A stretch of DNA of 64,000 nt from Antedon mediterranea (taxonomy: Eukaryota; Animalia; Echinodermata): the NCBI RefSeq assembly GCF_964355755.1, contig NC_092671.1, positions 36,838,304 to 36,902,303 on the forward strand, given 5' to 3'. Positions 23,401-35,644 of the stretch are shown one piece after another (position 1 is the first letter of the stretch; each line of letters opens with the position of its first letter). A program made the position numbers and the translations under genes. Under the pieces are notes generated by a model. That model made no database searches. It had not been told where the DNA came from and saw nothing but the letters and a program-made list of their open reading frames with translations.

Positions 23401-25392
23401 CAAAAAAAGTGTGATGTGCCCAAATATGGTAGTGATATGCTTAAATATGGTAGTGATAGGACATCATCATGTCCATATATGGGCACATCACATTTTTTTT
23501 GTCACATAAAGTTGAAAGACTTACACCATGTTTTACTCCAAATGCAATATCTGCTTTGTCTTTTTCCGACAATGCGGGAAGGTCCACTTTCGCACCAGGT
23601 AGATTGACACCTTTACGACTTCCTAGGCTCCCTCCGTTTATAATGGTACAGTCTAGGTAGTCCGCCCCTTTAAATATATGACAAAGTTTGAAATCGAATA
23701 ATGTACTACAGGTTGAAGAGAAACACAAACTAAGATTAGGAACTGAGATTAGAATTATCTATATTAGCACACAAACCATATGGTACACATACATACATAC
23801 AGTGCACATTCTATAAATCAGTATGATTTTTATCAGTGTTTACCTTTTCTATCTACTTGCAGTGAGATAAGGCCATCATCGATGTACACAACAGCACCTA
23901 GGTCCATGATCTTAGGCATGTTCTTATAGTCAACATAAATACATTCTTCAGTTCCACACTCTGAGTATTTAGTATCAAACGACAGACGGATCTTATTTCC
24001 AGTCGTCAATTCTATTTCTGCAGATCCACCCTAAAATATTAAATATAACATTACAGAGCCGCATAGGAAGGGTAGATAGAAAAAATCAAAATCAAACCGC
24101 CTCAATATAAATTGATTAACACATGTTTCGGGCATAGCCCATCATGAGGTGAAGAGAATTGTAACAAAGGATAACACTATGAAGTAAACACAATATGAAG
24201 CTGGTGCATAAGCAGGTTAAATAGAAAAAATAAAAAATCAAGTTAAAACTGCCTCAATATATATTTTCAATGGTCACTGGTTTAAAATCATGTAACAATA
24301 ATCTGGTAATAATATTTTATAACTCTTGATGCTCAAAGCCTCTTGTGGGTGCCTATATACTGTACCATGGTCATTTTATGACTTACCCCCTTTAGAAGTC
24401 CAGTTCTTATTTCAGGTCCTTTAGTGTCCAAAGCAATTCCCACATTTCTTGAGAAAGAAAACCTGCTTCTTGCTTCTTTGATGTTCTTAATGACACTCTC
24501 ATGATACTAAAAACAAGTCAATATCAGATTTTAATATAACTGCCTCTTAGGCATTGTCTACACTATCAAACTAGTTTGACAAAAAAGTGTGATGTGCTCA
24601 AATATGTAGTGATATGCCCAAATATGGTAGTGATAATGATATGGCATCATCATGTCTATATATGGGCACATCACATTTTTTTGTCACATCAAGTTTGATA
24701 GTGTAGACAGAGCTTCACACAAACAGTGTACTGTACTAACCTCATGTGTTCCATGTGAGAAATTGAGCCTAGCAATATTCATCCCGGATTTCATAATCTC
24801 CTCTAAAATATCAACGTCCTTAGAGGCTGGACCTGAATTTTTAAAGCAAATAATATTTTTTTAATTTATTTAAATGTCAAACTTAATAAAAGGCTTTTAC
24901 TAAAAAAAGCTTTAGTGAAAGTACAGCATCTTAATTTATAAACATTAAAAATGAACACAATTTATTGTTGGAACTGTTTTACGCAGGGATTTCCAGACTA
25001 ACCTGAACGAGTTTTTATAATCATGAATTAACGGTCTTTCACACCTGTTCAGACGCTGGTCTGTCGGCAGCAAATTAAATCAAAATTTGCAATGCGGCAA
25101 TCGATATGCGCGTATCCATGTGAAAACGAAGCACTGACGTTCAATTTGATTTGGAACAGGTGTGAAAGACCGTTTAAAGTACGAACCACTTGGTATACTT
25201 ACCAATAGTACAGATAATACCACTGTTGCGTACGCTGCCTGGCGTTGAATGAATTTCAAGATGACTGTAGTGATCCAATTGAGATACGGCATTTATGGTA
25301 GCTGGATGCGCAATCTGCATAAAATGCTCACTGTCATGACCACTGATGTGACGCTCTGTGCGAGGGCGCTTTGCCATCTTCTCAGCAGCCAT
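20449..25392 (-). CDS. PKM: Pyruvate kinase (PKM/PKLR pro-ortholog), 538 aa, 10 coding exons
   Basis: Exons 25392-25203, 24832-24741, 24506-24387, 24030-23844, 23667-23525, 23301-23174, 21928-21778, 21285-21133, 21029-20863, 20734-20449 total 1617 nt. Motifs [91 protein letters not shown] non-coding first exon probably lies near 26290-26400. Confidence 0.97.
21410..21753. mobile_element. Two abutting copies of the abundant Harbinger-type MITE
   Basis: AGCTCTGTCTACACTATCAAAC...GTTTGATAGTGTAGACAAAGCT (21410-21591), then TAA, then a second copy at 21595-21753. Confidence 0.9.
25030..25174. mobile_element. Short palindromic MITE (Harbinger-like ends)
   Basis: AACGGTCTTTCACACCTGTTC ... GAACAGGTGTGAAAGACCGTT. 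Confidence 0.7.
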
Positions 25393-25487
25393 ATCGCTCT
25401 GAGTATTTTGTTGAAAATTTTTTCTACTGAATACTGTACAAAAAAAGGAATACAAATGATTGGCTTTATTATTTCTTTCTACTCATT

Positions 25488-25793
25488 ATGCACTTGTCAA
25501 TTTTATGACCCACTATAAAACCCCCGGGAGAGGTGCGTCATTACAAATAATTACTGACTCAGGGGTGCGTAAAAAAACAATGAACAATGGCATGTCAATG
25601 TCCGTCACTTTAACACCCACCATATCATAAACAACATGGTCACAGTGTGCGTCAAAATGGGTGCGTCATAGTCACCTAAAGGCAAGTCACATTTTTGACT
25701 CACAATGGTATTCATAAGGTATGACGCACATCGGACAAATGACGCACCTCTTCCAGGGGTTGTATAGTGGGTCATACAATTGACAAGTGCATT
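25488..25793. mobile_element. MITE with ~55-bp terminal inverted repeats
   Basis: TGCACTTGTCAATTTTATGACCCACTATAAAACCCCCGGGAGAGGTGCGTCATT is inverted as AATGACGCACCTCTTCCAGGGGTTGTATAGTGGGTCATACAATTGACAAGTGCA. Confidence 0.8.
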
Positions 25794-27612
25794 ATTCAAC
25801 AATTGAAATGCAAGCCTATTCTATTATTTATATATTCATTTATAACAGCACACTTTATTTAGGTTTATCGGCTGGATGGACCACCCTCGTAAAATATTGT
25901 TTAAATAAAATTTTTGTTTAAATAAAATAATGCGAATATATAGGACTAGGCCTAGCTAGGAGGCACTAGCTAGCTAGGTTAGGCATACCTCTCTCCAGCC
26001 AACTACTTGAGTAGGGGCTAGCCCTATATGTCTAAGCAACTGACTGAGCAGCCTATACTAGGCTATACTAACTAGGCCTACAGAATATGTAAGCTCATTC
26101 CTCAGGCTTTTAAAGACACATACCATATCCCACCATGCCATGGATGGTACATGATGGAGTTTAGCTAGCAGCAGCTACAGGCCTACAATCTTTGAGTAGA
26201 AGCCTATATATGCAGTAACATTTATCGACAATAATCTAAAATACACAATATTGCAAAGCTCAAATAGTTCATATCTATAATGTACTTACAAGACTGCAGA
26301 ACTTTGGAATGCCTTTTTTACTATCTACCGGTGCCGCTAGGAGAAGAAACACACTGGCTGCTCTTTTTCTTTTTCCTTGAAGAAGATTGATCTTCCGGTT
26401 GTTGAATGAGTTCAAGTTCATTGGCCAATCAGAAGTACGAATTTACACGGTGCCTGGAAGAGGATCGTGCATGGGAAGAGCATGCATGTTTATTGGAGGT
26501 TTTACAATAATTTATGAATGGTGCCAGATTACAACAATCGTAAAAATAACAATTTTATCAACAATATATTAAATTATAGGAAAAGCGAATACATAGTTCT
26601 ATAATTTAATACTAATTGTATAAATCATTTGAAATAAAATACATTTTTATAGATAATACTACAGCAAGAATATATTTATAGGAAATGTTTTTGTTTTCCC
26701 ATGAATAATATTCATATTATTTCAATTAAAGTTTATAGTTTCTAATTGAAATACAAATGTAGATTAAATCCTATAATCAACGATTGTATTATATACGATA
26801 TAATTATCTCAAATTAAGAATAGTAAAAGATTTTGATTTTTTTTTAAATGGTCTATATTAATTAACAATAGAGGGCAGCAGAGTAATATTTTTAAAGATC
26901 ACAAAATAATTTTTTTAACAAGTATTTTATTATAGAGGGCGGCAGACTGAAATGTTAAACTATCAGAATTGGATCAATTTGTATTTTAATCGTTATAAAT
27001 AGTATTATTAGGCCAATACCTTGTAATGATGAAGAAATAATTATACTTGGGCAAGGAAAGGTTTATATAACTCATCACAATGTTTCCTTCTGGAAATAAA
27101 TGATAAAGGTACACAAACTACACTTCCTTTTTTAATGAGCATAGACCCTATAGTGTAGAACAATTAACAGCTATTTAAAAACTTAGCACAATAATATACT
27201 AAAATCTTCCTTTAAACTTATATTATTTATATAATACATATGATTATAATTTATATATATATATTAGGTATATGTCTGAAAGTTTACAGTATTGCATGCT
27301 ATTATTATTCATTTAAAATAGTTCAAACAGTGGATATTCCAAAGGAAAAATAAAATTATGGCATAGTTACTGTGGATAATTAATTTATAATAATTAATAT
27401 ACTGTTCCGCAGTGTACTTTAACATAAGGCAATATTCTAGGATATAAACACTGTAGGAACAAATTGTGCTAGTAAAAAGCCTTTTTTAAGCGGCATGTTT
27501 AAATAAAACTGTTAACCTTTAACACTCTTAAATTGAGCAAATCTTTTATATAAATATATAAATTAAATACTATCATTATCAATTGGTGGAAAATGTCACA
27601 TTTAGGCCCAGT

Positions 27613-28653
27613 CTAGTCCTTAGCATCTGTAATTCCACCAGCAGTAATGGCAAATGTAGCTTCATTTTCAGGCATATTTGGGCTGTCATATACTTTGGCA
27701 ATTCTCAATTCTCCTCTTCCTTTCCGCAAACTAAGACGAGTGGTTGATGCATGTGCTAAAATATGCCCACCAATTGGTTTCTTTGGATCAGCTTGAAAAC
27801 TCATGGTTGCTCCTGGGTCAGATGTCATCTGGTTTGTGATGAATACAGCTACATTATACTCTTCCGATATCTTCTGTATTTTTGACAGTAATTGCGCAAG
27901 CTTTTGCTGTCTGTCTGCCAACTCACCACGTCCACTGAAGTCGACACGGAATAAAGCCATTATCGAATCAATAATAAGCAGCTTGAAAACTCCAGCTTCT
28001 TCGTGAAACTTGGCTGCAACATAATCCATCAACTCCATTTGATGCTCACTGGTATATGCTCTTGCATACAAAACATTGTCAAGCATTGCATCATGGTCCA
28101 AGTTGAAACGATCTGCAATGTCTCGCAGTCGGTCAGGACGAAATGTGTTCTCAGTGTCAATGAATATTACTTTTCCTCCTGTGTATCCATTTGCTCCTGG
28201 TAGCTGTGTTGTGACGCAGAGTGTGTGGGAAATCTGTGTTTTTCCTGTACGAAATTCACCAAATGCCTCAGTGATAGACATACTTTCTATTCCTCCACCA
28301 AGAAGCTTATCCAGCTCTGCACTCCCTGTAGTGATTTTGAAAACATTCTTGCGTCGAATGCTAAATGATAATGCAGTTTCAAACCCAGGATCATCCAGTT
28401 TAGTTGCTGCTTCCTTTATTTTTTCCATTTTGGCTTCAGAAATTCCTTTAATGTCACAAAGACGTTTTTTAGTTGTCATCCGAATTCCTTTGATGGTACA
28501 AATTCCATGAGTTTTTAGTTTCTTTATGTCAGCTGCATTGATGCCATGATGTTGAAGCATGTCAATATCTTGAAAAAATGATTCTTCTTCTTCATCATTG
28601 TTGATGTTTGGCTCCTCTATTCCAACAACAACTTGATCTCCCATTGTATCCAT
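27613..28653 (-). CDS. DMC1: Meiotic recombinase DMC1, 346 aa, single coding exon
   Basis: Uninterrupted ORF with [26 protein letters not shown], Walker [77 protein letters not shown]. These are DMC1-type rather than RAD51-type residues. Confidence 0.97.
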   Translation of the reverse strand: MDTMGDQVVVGIEEPNINNDEEEESFFQDIDMLQHHGINAADIKKLKTHGICTIKGIRMTTKKRLCDIKGISEAKMEKIKEAATKLDDPGFETALSFSIRRKNVFKITTGSAELDKLLGGGIESMSITEAFGEFRTGKTQISHTLCVTTQLPGANGYTGGKVIFIDTENTFRPDRLRDIADRFNLDHDAMLDNVLYARAYTSEHQMELMDYVAAKFHEEAGVFKLLIIDSIMALFRVDFSGRGELADRQQKLAQLLSKIQKISEEYNVAVFITNQMTSDPGATMSFQADPKKPIGGHILAHASTTRLSLRKGRGELRIAKVYDSPNMPENEATFAITAGGITDAKD

Positions 28654-29451
28654 TATTTATATCTTTTGAAAAATAATTGTTTTAGGCTTACCAAGTTGAT
28701 AGATTCGATCTGCTTGCTATGTGAATACAATGTGCTTTCTTTACGCTCTCTCTCTCCCCTCACACAAAAAGTTTAAATGCCTCGTCTGCCACGCGCGCAT
28801 GCACCGGACACGCGTCATCATCCAGGGTCGTATGCTGCATGCATGCTGCACACTGCACATGTTTTAAATGAAATAAACGCATTTTTCAGCGCAGTATAAA
28901 AAAGGATGGCATTTATATTACACTAATAATATTCAATTTGATTGAAATCATACATATCTTTAAAATAATTTACTTCATGGTGAGTGTTTTTATTAAAATT
29001 TATCGCGGACGACGCGGATCCACAAAAAAAGTCAAATAAAAAGGCAAAATTTAAAAACCCCAACATCATCGTCTCGCTTCACTGCACACATACATACACA
29101 CTGCTACACACACGACGACGACACGCCGTACAAAACTTTTGTGAGGGCGGATCGGTACAACGAGAACATTCTATTTTGCGGGTCTATTTTGCTATAGTAC
29201 TAGTAGGCCAAAGAGTCACGTTCAACTATTACTAATTTCCTTCTTCATATAGTAAAGTTAGTGACTTATAAATAGATAACAGGCTATATTAATTAGGCCA
29301 GAATTATTAACGAGAACAGTTATTGTTTACGCCACTCGACGTATGTATGCAGATACTGCGGAGAAGAACAAATCCTTTCCGCCGTCAACTACTTGGTTAT
29401 TTGCACATCAGGCCTAACTTATATAGGCCTAGCTCGAGTAGAGGTACAGAC

Positions 29452-30749
29452 ATGGAGGAAGTAAACGATTTTTCAAAACACATTCCATATTTTGCTCGTG
29501 GAGAAGTTGTGAAAGGTTTTGGAAGGGGAAGCAAACAGCTTGGCATTCCAACAGGTAGGCCTAGGTATTTTTAATTAATGTAATTAATAATAATAAGGAA
29601 TTTATAAAATTAATTTTATGAATGATTCAGCAGAAAAAACAAATCTTTTGTTTCCTTCATTATTCAAAAATTGCACTGGTCATGTTAGTAATAGTATCTC
29701 CCGATACTGTATACCCGTGTATTTGAACAATAATATGGTATATTTTGTGTGTGTCAAAGAACTATTTCTGTAAATGTTATTGTTTTTCTTAAGCTAATTT
29801 TCCAATAGAAGTAGTGAATGATTTACCAAACGACTTTGCAACGGGTGTTTATTATGGATGGGCAAGAGTCAATGATGGTCAAGTACATAAAATGGTCATG
29901 AGTATTGGCTGGAATCCATTCTACGATAACGTTAAAAAATCAATGGTAAGTATTATAGTGTCCCTATATTTTATTACCAATAATTTGGCAATACATTAAT
30001 TAAGAACAAGACATATTTCTGTCCTTTGGAATGTGCCTTGAATTTGGGCATTCCATAACCGGCAGCCGAAAAAACCTCTCTTGCTGGTATTAGTATCCAA
30101 GCCCAGGGTGATTTTTAGTAGTAGACAGCCCCGCTAATAAATAAAATACCTTTCACAATAAATCAATAGTAACATTGAATAGTTAAATTGTATGGATTTT
30201 TACTTCATATATATATTTTTTTTATTTGTCTCTTTTTTTCTCCTTTTTTTCCTCTTTTCGTATTTGTATCATTCCCGTTTTGTCAGCCTTGTATGTTTTG
30301 AGTCACCCTCATTAAACAAAGTTTCATAAAAAAATATATTTTTTTTTTTTTTTAATTTGCAGGAGACTCATATAATACATGATTTTAAAGAAGATTTTTA
30401 TGGCTCAACGTTAAGTATAATTATACTAGGATATATAAGAGAAGAAAAAAACTTTTCTTCCTTAGGTAAGATTAACTATCAGTCAGTATTTTGACAAAGC
30501 TCTGTCTACACTATTACAAATTTATGTGACAAAAAAATGTAGAAATGTGTAGAAAGAGCTTAAATCCCAGAGTCCTGGATTTATATCTTAATAATACTCA
30601 ATTATAATCATAAAGTAATAAATTTGCTTTTCTTTGCAGATGAATTGATAATGGCTATTAAAGCTGATATAGCGGAAGCCGAGAACCAATTAAATAAACC
30701 AGACAAACTTGTACATAAAGAAAATAACTTTTTCAAAGATCCAAAATGA
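29452..30749 (+). CDS. RFK: Riboflavin kinase, 155 aa, 4 exons (possible upstream in-frame start at 29347)
   Basis: Exons 29452-29554, 29794-29945, 30363-30465, 30640-30749 total 468 nt. Motifs GEVVKGFGRGSKQLGIPTANF, GVYYGWA, MVMSIGWNPFY, ETHIIHDFKEDFYG, LGYIREEKNFSSLDELI. Confidence 0.96.
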
Positions 30750-32081
30750 TGATTGAGGCGAATGCAAGGGGGGTTGTAATCACCTTATTCATTGGACCAA
30801 ATTGTGTTGGCCAAAAATGCAAATGTCTGGCCGGTATACTCATCATCTAAACTCCTTTAAAAGTCATGGTACCGACATTTTTGTGAATATGACAAATTAC
30901 AAAAGTACTGTATTTTAATCATGGATTGTTATTGGTAACAAGATGTGTTACCCAACGAGTCTGTCATTGTCAATGTTTAGTTGTTTAAAAAAAAATAACA
31001 TTTAGTCTTTCATTCGTGCTGTAAACTTCTATTTGATCAATCTAGCTATTGGATAAAGATTACTTGAAATGCTACAATAGATGTAGATACAAAAATGTTT
31101 AAAAAATAAATTTGTAAAAAGAAATGATCTTTTTTGGTGCTAGTTGTGAACATCGGTTTCCAAATATTTTATTTGAAACCACAGATATTCCAGTAAGCTA
31201 AATTATTACTTAACGTAAGCTCTGTCTACACTATCAAACTAGTTTGATAAAAACAAAGTGTGATGTGCCCAAATATGGTAGTGATATACTTAAATATGGT
31301 AGTGATATGACATCATCGTCCATATGGGCACATCACATTTTTTTTCTCATAAAGTTTGATAATGTAGACAGAGTCTTAAAACATATGGTTGGGTATTTCT
31401 AGATTTTGACCCCAGGTAAAATAATGAAAATGATTAACAGATGAATACCATTTTTGTTGAGTAATATGCCTGTAGCATATGAAAATTTTGTTGCCAGGTA
31501 CATTGCAGAAAAGGGCCCAATTATGGAAAATGTAATAATGGGATGTTTATTATTGTTGGTTTAAAAATATGGGTTTTGTTGGTTTTTAGAATAATATTGT
31601 AAGGCCAGTGTATTATGGAAAGATTATGTTGATATATTTTCCATAAAGGCTGGTAATACACTGCATTTCTTATGACATGCTGGAGTGTATGGAAATAGAT
31701 TTTATAAATATTTAATATAGATAAAAACAATATGAAAATAAATTGTGTACAGAACACTAAAGTATGCATATTATATTTGATATTTTTATTTACAAATATT
31801 TGTTTATCTTTATCACAACTAGACAAACCTTGTTGGAATTACATACTTAAAACCTTGCCTTGCCAATGTTGTTTAGCAAGGCCATAGCGAAAGGTTAAAA
31901 ACAGACGAGGCAAAGATGTTTTAAATACAATTATTAATATAAAACATAACGATCTGTGCTGGGGAATTGGGGTGGGTGGTGAAAATTGAGCGAGTGCCTC
32001 GTCTGCCTACGGCCCTGTTTAATACCTTTCTCTTAGTAGTCTTTAAACTTGGCCTGTCTAGCCTGGTGTTTATACACAATC

Positions 32082-34532
32082 CTAAAACTCCTCCTCTTTT
32101 TTTGACCGTAATTGATACCTCTTTTGTCTAGCATTTTCCTGTTCTGCTAACATCCTTTCCATCTTTGCTTCTTTTGATTGGTTTATTGCTTCAACTATTT
32201 CCATGGCAACTGGTACTGTTTGAATACCATTTATCTACATTCATTTTATGGAGAAAACAATAAATTGTACTAAAAAAGAACAATAAATATGTAAGAACTG
32301 CTGTATCACATTTGAACAGAAATAACAAATGCTTTTCATAAATATCTTTCATAATTATACAAGCATTTTAGAAATTATTTGTACAGGGCTTAGATTACTG
32401 TATTAAGCTGTGATGTGCCCATATAAGGACATGATGATGTCATAGCACTACCATATTTGGGCACATCACAGCTTATTAAACTACTGTAGTTTGCTAGTGT
32501 AGACAGAGCTTTATCAAAAGGCATTTTCTACGCAATAATTTAATAGCTTCATAATTCTTATCAATAGAAGAGAGTGTCAAATGTAAAATTATTTTTATCT
32601 TTCCTTACCGTTACTTTGACCTCAAACTTTCCAAATTCATTTACAATTTCTTTTTCTGGCATCGTAAGAGCGTAGTCTGGAACCATGACGGAAAGCTAAA
32701 GAAAGATTTAAGTTTTAAAATATGTATACAGTGTAGGCCTATATGGGTGGATGGAGAAATTATGTTTGCTCTGAGATATATACAAAATAATATAAATGAA
32801 AAACTAACAAAACAATTACAAAGTGTCAGATCACTCTTGTACGGTATACTGACAAGCATTCAGTGCCCGAATGGCAGCTGGATAGAAGCTGTTACGAAAC
32901 CTATTTGTATGAGAGATGATGGGACTGATAACATCTATCTAACACCTCAAATACATTATGCATGGGATGAGTAGATTCTTGCAATATAGAAAGTGTTTTG
33001 TATACATATACTGTATATATATGTGTTTGCTTACCTTCTTTTTGAAGGCATGGAGCACATGTTCCCTTTTCAACGTCCAATCTTGATCTCGTCTCATTTC
33101 CACAGTCAATGTTTGCAGTTGTAAATATTTAATTGTCTGAAGAAAAAAAATACTCTTACTAATTACTACGTCTTGCTAATAGCAAATGTAATTACTGTTC
33201 ATAATAGGGTGGGATTTGAACCCGTGACTCTGGTAGTACAGTCAACTCTCCCAATAATGGACACCATAAAGGCCCATTCACACTAGAATGATAACGATCG
33301 ATCAAATAGATAAATATGCATTTTTCATACATAAAACAAATGAAATCTAAAAACTTTTCATTCTAGAACTATAGAATAACCATCTATGCTTCCTTTGATG
33401 AAAATGTTGTTGTCCTAGTGTAAATGGACCTTTAGATTGGCCATTTAGTCCAACAATTCTGAATGTAGTTTTAATGTGACCTTTTAGACTTCACGAAAAG
33501 TTCGATTTCCGGAGAGTTTTTCCGTTTTTTAGGGATCAGTCTAGTAATTGGGAGAGTCAACTGTATTATGGCACTCAAACTCTGCTTACCTTCCGTGCGG
33601 ACGCTGTGAGCTTAGGATCCATCCCAGACGCTATCTGGGTGTCTGCCATGTGTTTTATGTTTTCAGGAGAGGCGTAGGTAGCCAACTGAAATGGAAGCAA
33701 TTTATTCCTTCCAACTTGTTTAGTTACGTTCACGATTTCACCTTTGACACCAATTTCTGCAAAACAAATGTTTGTATTTTATTTTGTTAGTCTTTAAGAA
33801 GGAAAAAGAAAAAAAGTATTTCATATATGCAATGAATGTTTAAACATTACTACACATGGTTTTACAGAATTTATTTATTCACTCACAAGTCAGAAAGAAA
33901 CGATTTTCGTGCTACATAAACAGTCGTGACCAGCCGTGTAAAAAAAAAATAGCATGGCTTCTGTAGCACGAAAATCGTCTATAATATAAGCGACTTCGAT
34001 AACTCCAGAGGGCACCATATTTACAAGGTAAATCGGGAATAAAAATTTCCCTCTAGGCCATAGTGCGGTGATGTAAACTTTTGTCCCGATTTACCTTGTA
34101 AATATGGTGCCCTCTGGAGTTATCGAAGTCACTTATTGAAAATGACTTACTTGGAACATCCTGTAAGAGTATCAACTGTAGATCTCCTTGAGGTTTTAAG
34201 TTCTCATTTTCTGTAACGTAATACACCTTATGGCGTCTTTTCATTTTTCGTGGGAATTTTTTTCCTAATTGAGGCAAATTTGCAGGGGTCACTCGTGTGA
34301 CTACAACTGTATTCTGAAAACAAAAAGTTTTTATTTAAAAAAATAATAAATATTATTAATACGGTAGCCGTAAAGCAGAAATAAGATTTCACTATTTTCA
34401 CTTTCCATTTAACTGTGAATTATAACAATTTTTTTTTTTAAATCTTACCCTAACATGTTCTTTTACTACGGCAGATCTCCAAATAGATTGTAACAGTTGA
34501 TATCCGACTCTAGTTCCAAAGTTCCAGCTCAT
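32082..34532 (-). CDS. MRPL9: Mitochondrial ribosomal protein L9 (bL9m), 251 aa, 6 exons
   Basis: Exons 34532-34449, 34313-34151, 33756-33590, 33136-33035, 32695-32609, 32234-32082 total 756 nt in frame. Motifs [25 protein letters not shown]...[31 protein letters not shown], with a presequence-like N-terminus. Confidence 0.9.
33238..33565. mobile_element. Tc1/mariner-type MITE (TA TSD) with a nested Harbinger-like MITE
   Basis: TA|CAGTCAACTCTCCCAAT ... ATTGGGAGAGTCAACTG|TA. The inner element is GGCCCATTCACACTAG ... CTAGTGTAAATGGACC (~33271-33430). Related fragments lie at ~38040-38110 and ~40300-40455. Confidence 0.7.
33986..34136. mobile_element. Near-perfect palindromic MITE
   Basis: ATAAGCGACTTCGATAACTCCAGAGGGCACCATATTTACAAGGTAAATCGGGA is inverted at ~34084-34136. 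Confidence 0.85.
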
Positions 34533-35644
34533 TTTATTTTGAATAAATTCTCTGAAAAAATGATAGATTGTTTAAAATCAACAAAGTTGTGGGGTCTTTC
34601 AACTTAATCTTAATAATAATACCCAACGACCCAATAATGAGAAGTGTCTATCGAATGGTCAAACAGAAATTTCAAGATAACAAACAAAAATGTATGTCAT
34701 TCTGGAGCACCTGAAATCTCATAGCCTAGGCTAGGCCTAGTTGTACAATCCTAAAACTAACTGGATTCTCAATACCATAGTCTCCCCCGGCCCTAATTCC
34801 TGTCTGCCCTGTCTTCAACACAAAGAGGTTCGTTTGGCCAGCAGGCTAGTTAGGCCTAGCCTTACTGGCTAAATTTATGGTTATTGTAATTATAGTAGGT
34901 TTTTAATACTGAAAATTTATAAATAAATTTTAACTATATAATAATACAATACCACACAGATAAATGATGATTAACATTAACAATACATTATTCTTACATA
35001 AATATTTTGGCCTGCTAAAAAAAAACATGTGAATAAACTTTTTAAAGACAGATTTAACCAAAACAGCGCCACCAACGGACATCGTCTTACCAACCATCAA
35101 CAACCCAAATTCCAGAACTTCTAAATCTGATGAGCTAATTTACCATATTTTATGGGGCTATAATACTTTATTTAATATACAGTAAGTATCAAATTGGAAA
35201 CAAATAGTATGTACATGTTTGTTTTGAACATTTTATTGTAATTCATTCTGAAATATAATGTTAGAAAGCTAGGCCTGGGTTAGGATGATAATAAGGCACT
35301 CGTGACCTGTGAGGAGAGGCACCCTCGACGCTTTATTCGTGTGAGCCAGTGCCTTTGTTCATTGGGAGTTAGCGCTAGACATACAAGATCATATATTTTT
35401 AATAAAAGATCAAATTTTTGGTTATTATTATTATTGATGATGGAATAAGAATACAAATATGAAGGTGGTTTATTAAACTTAAATTTTTTAATTTTATTAG
35501 GTTTTAAAATATATTTTGTTTATTAATTATTGTGACTGTCTTGAAATATAGAATATCATTTTCTTATTAATATTATTAACTTAATGTTGTTGATTTAATA
35601 GACTTCTAGTCAACAAGTGCATAAGCTATCTATAGAGGTGCAGC

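Noticed and set aside
28076-28510. 144-aa + strand ORF overlapping DMC1
   Set aside because: It is an antisense shadow of the DMC1 coding frame with no independent evidence.
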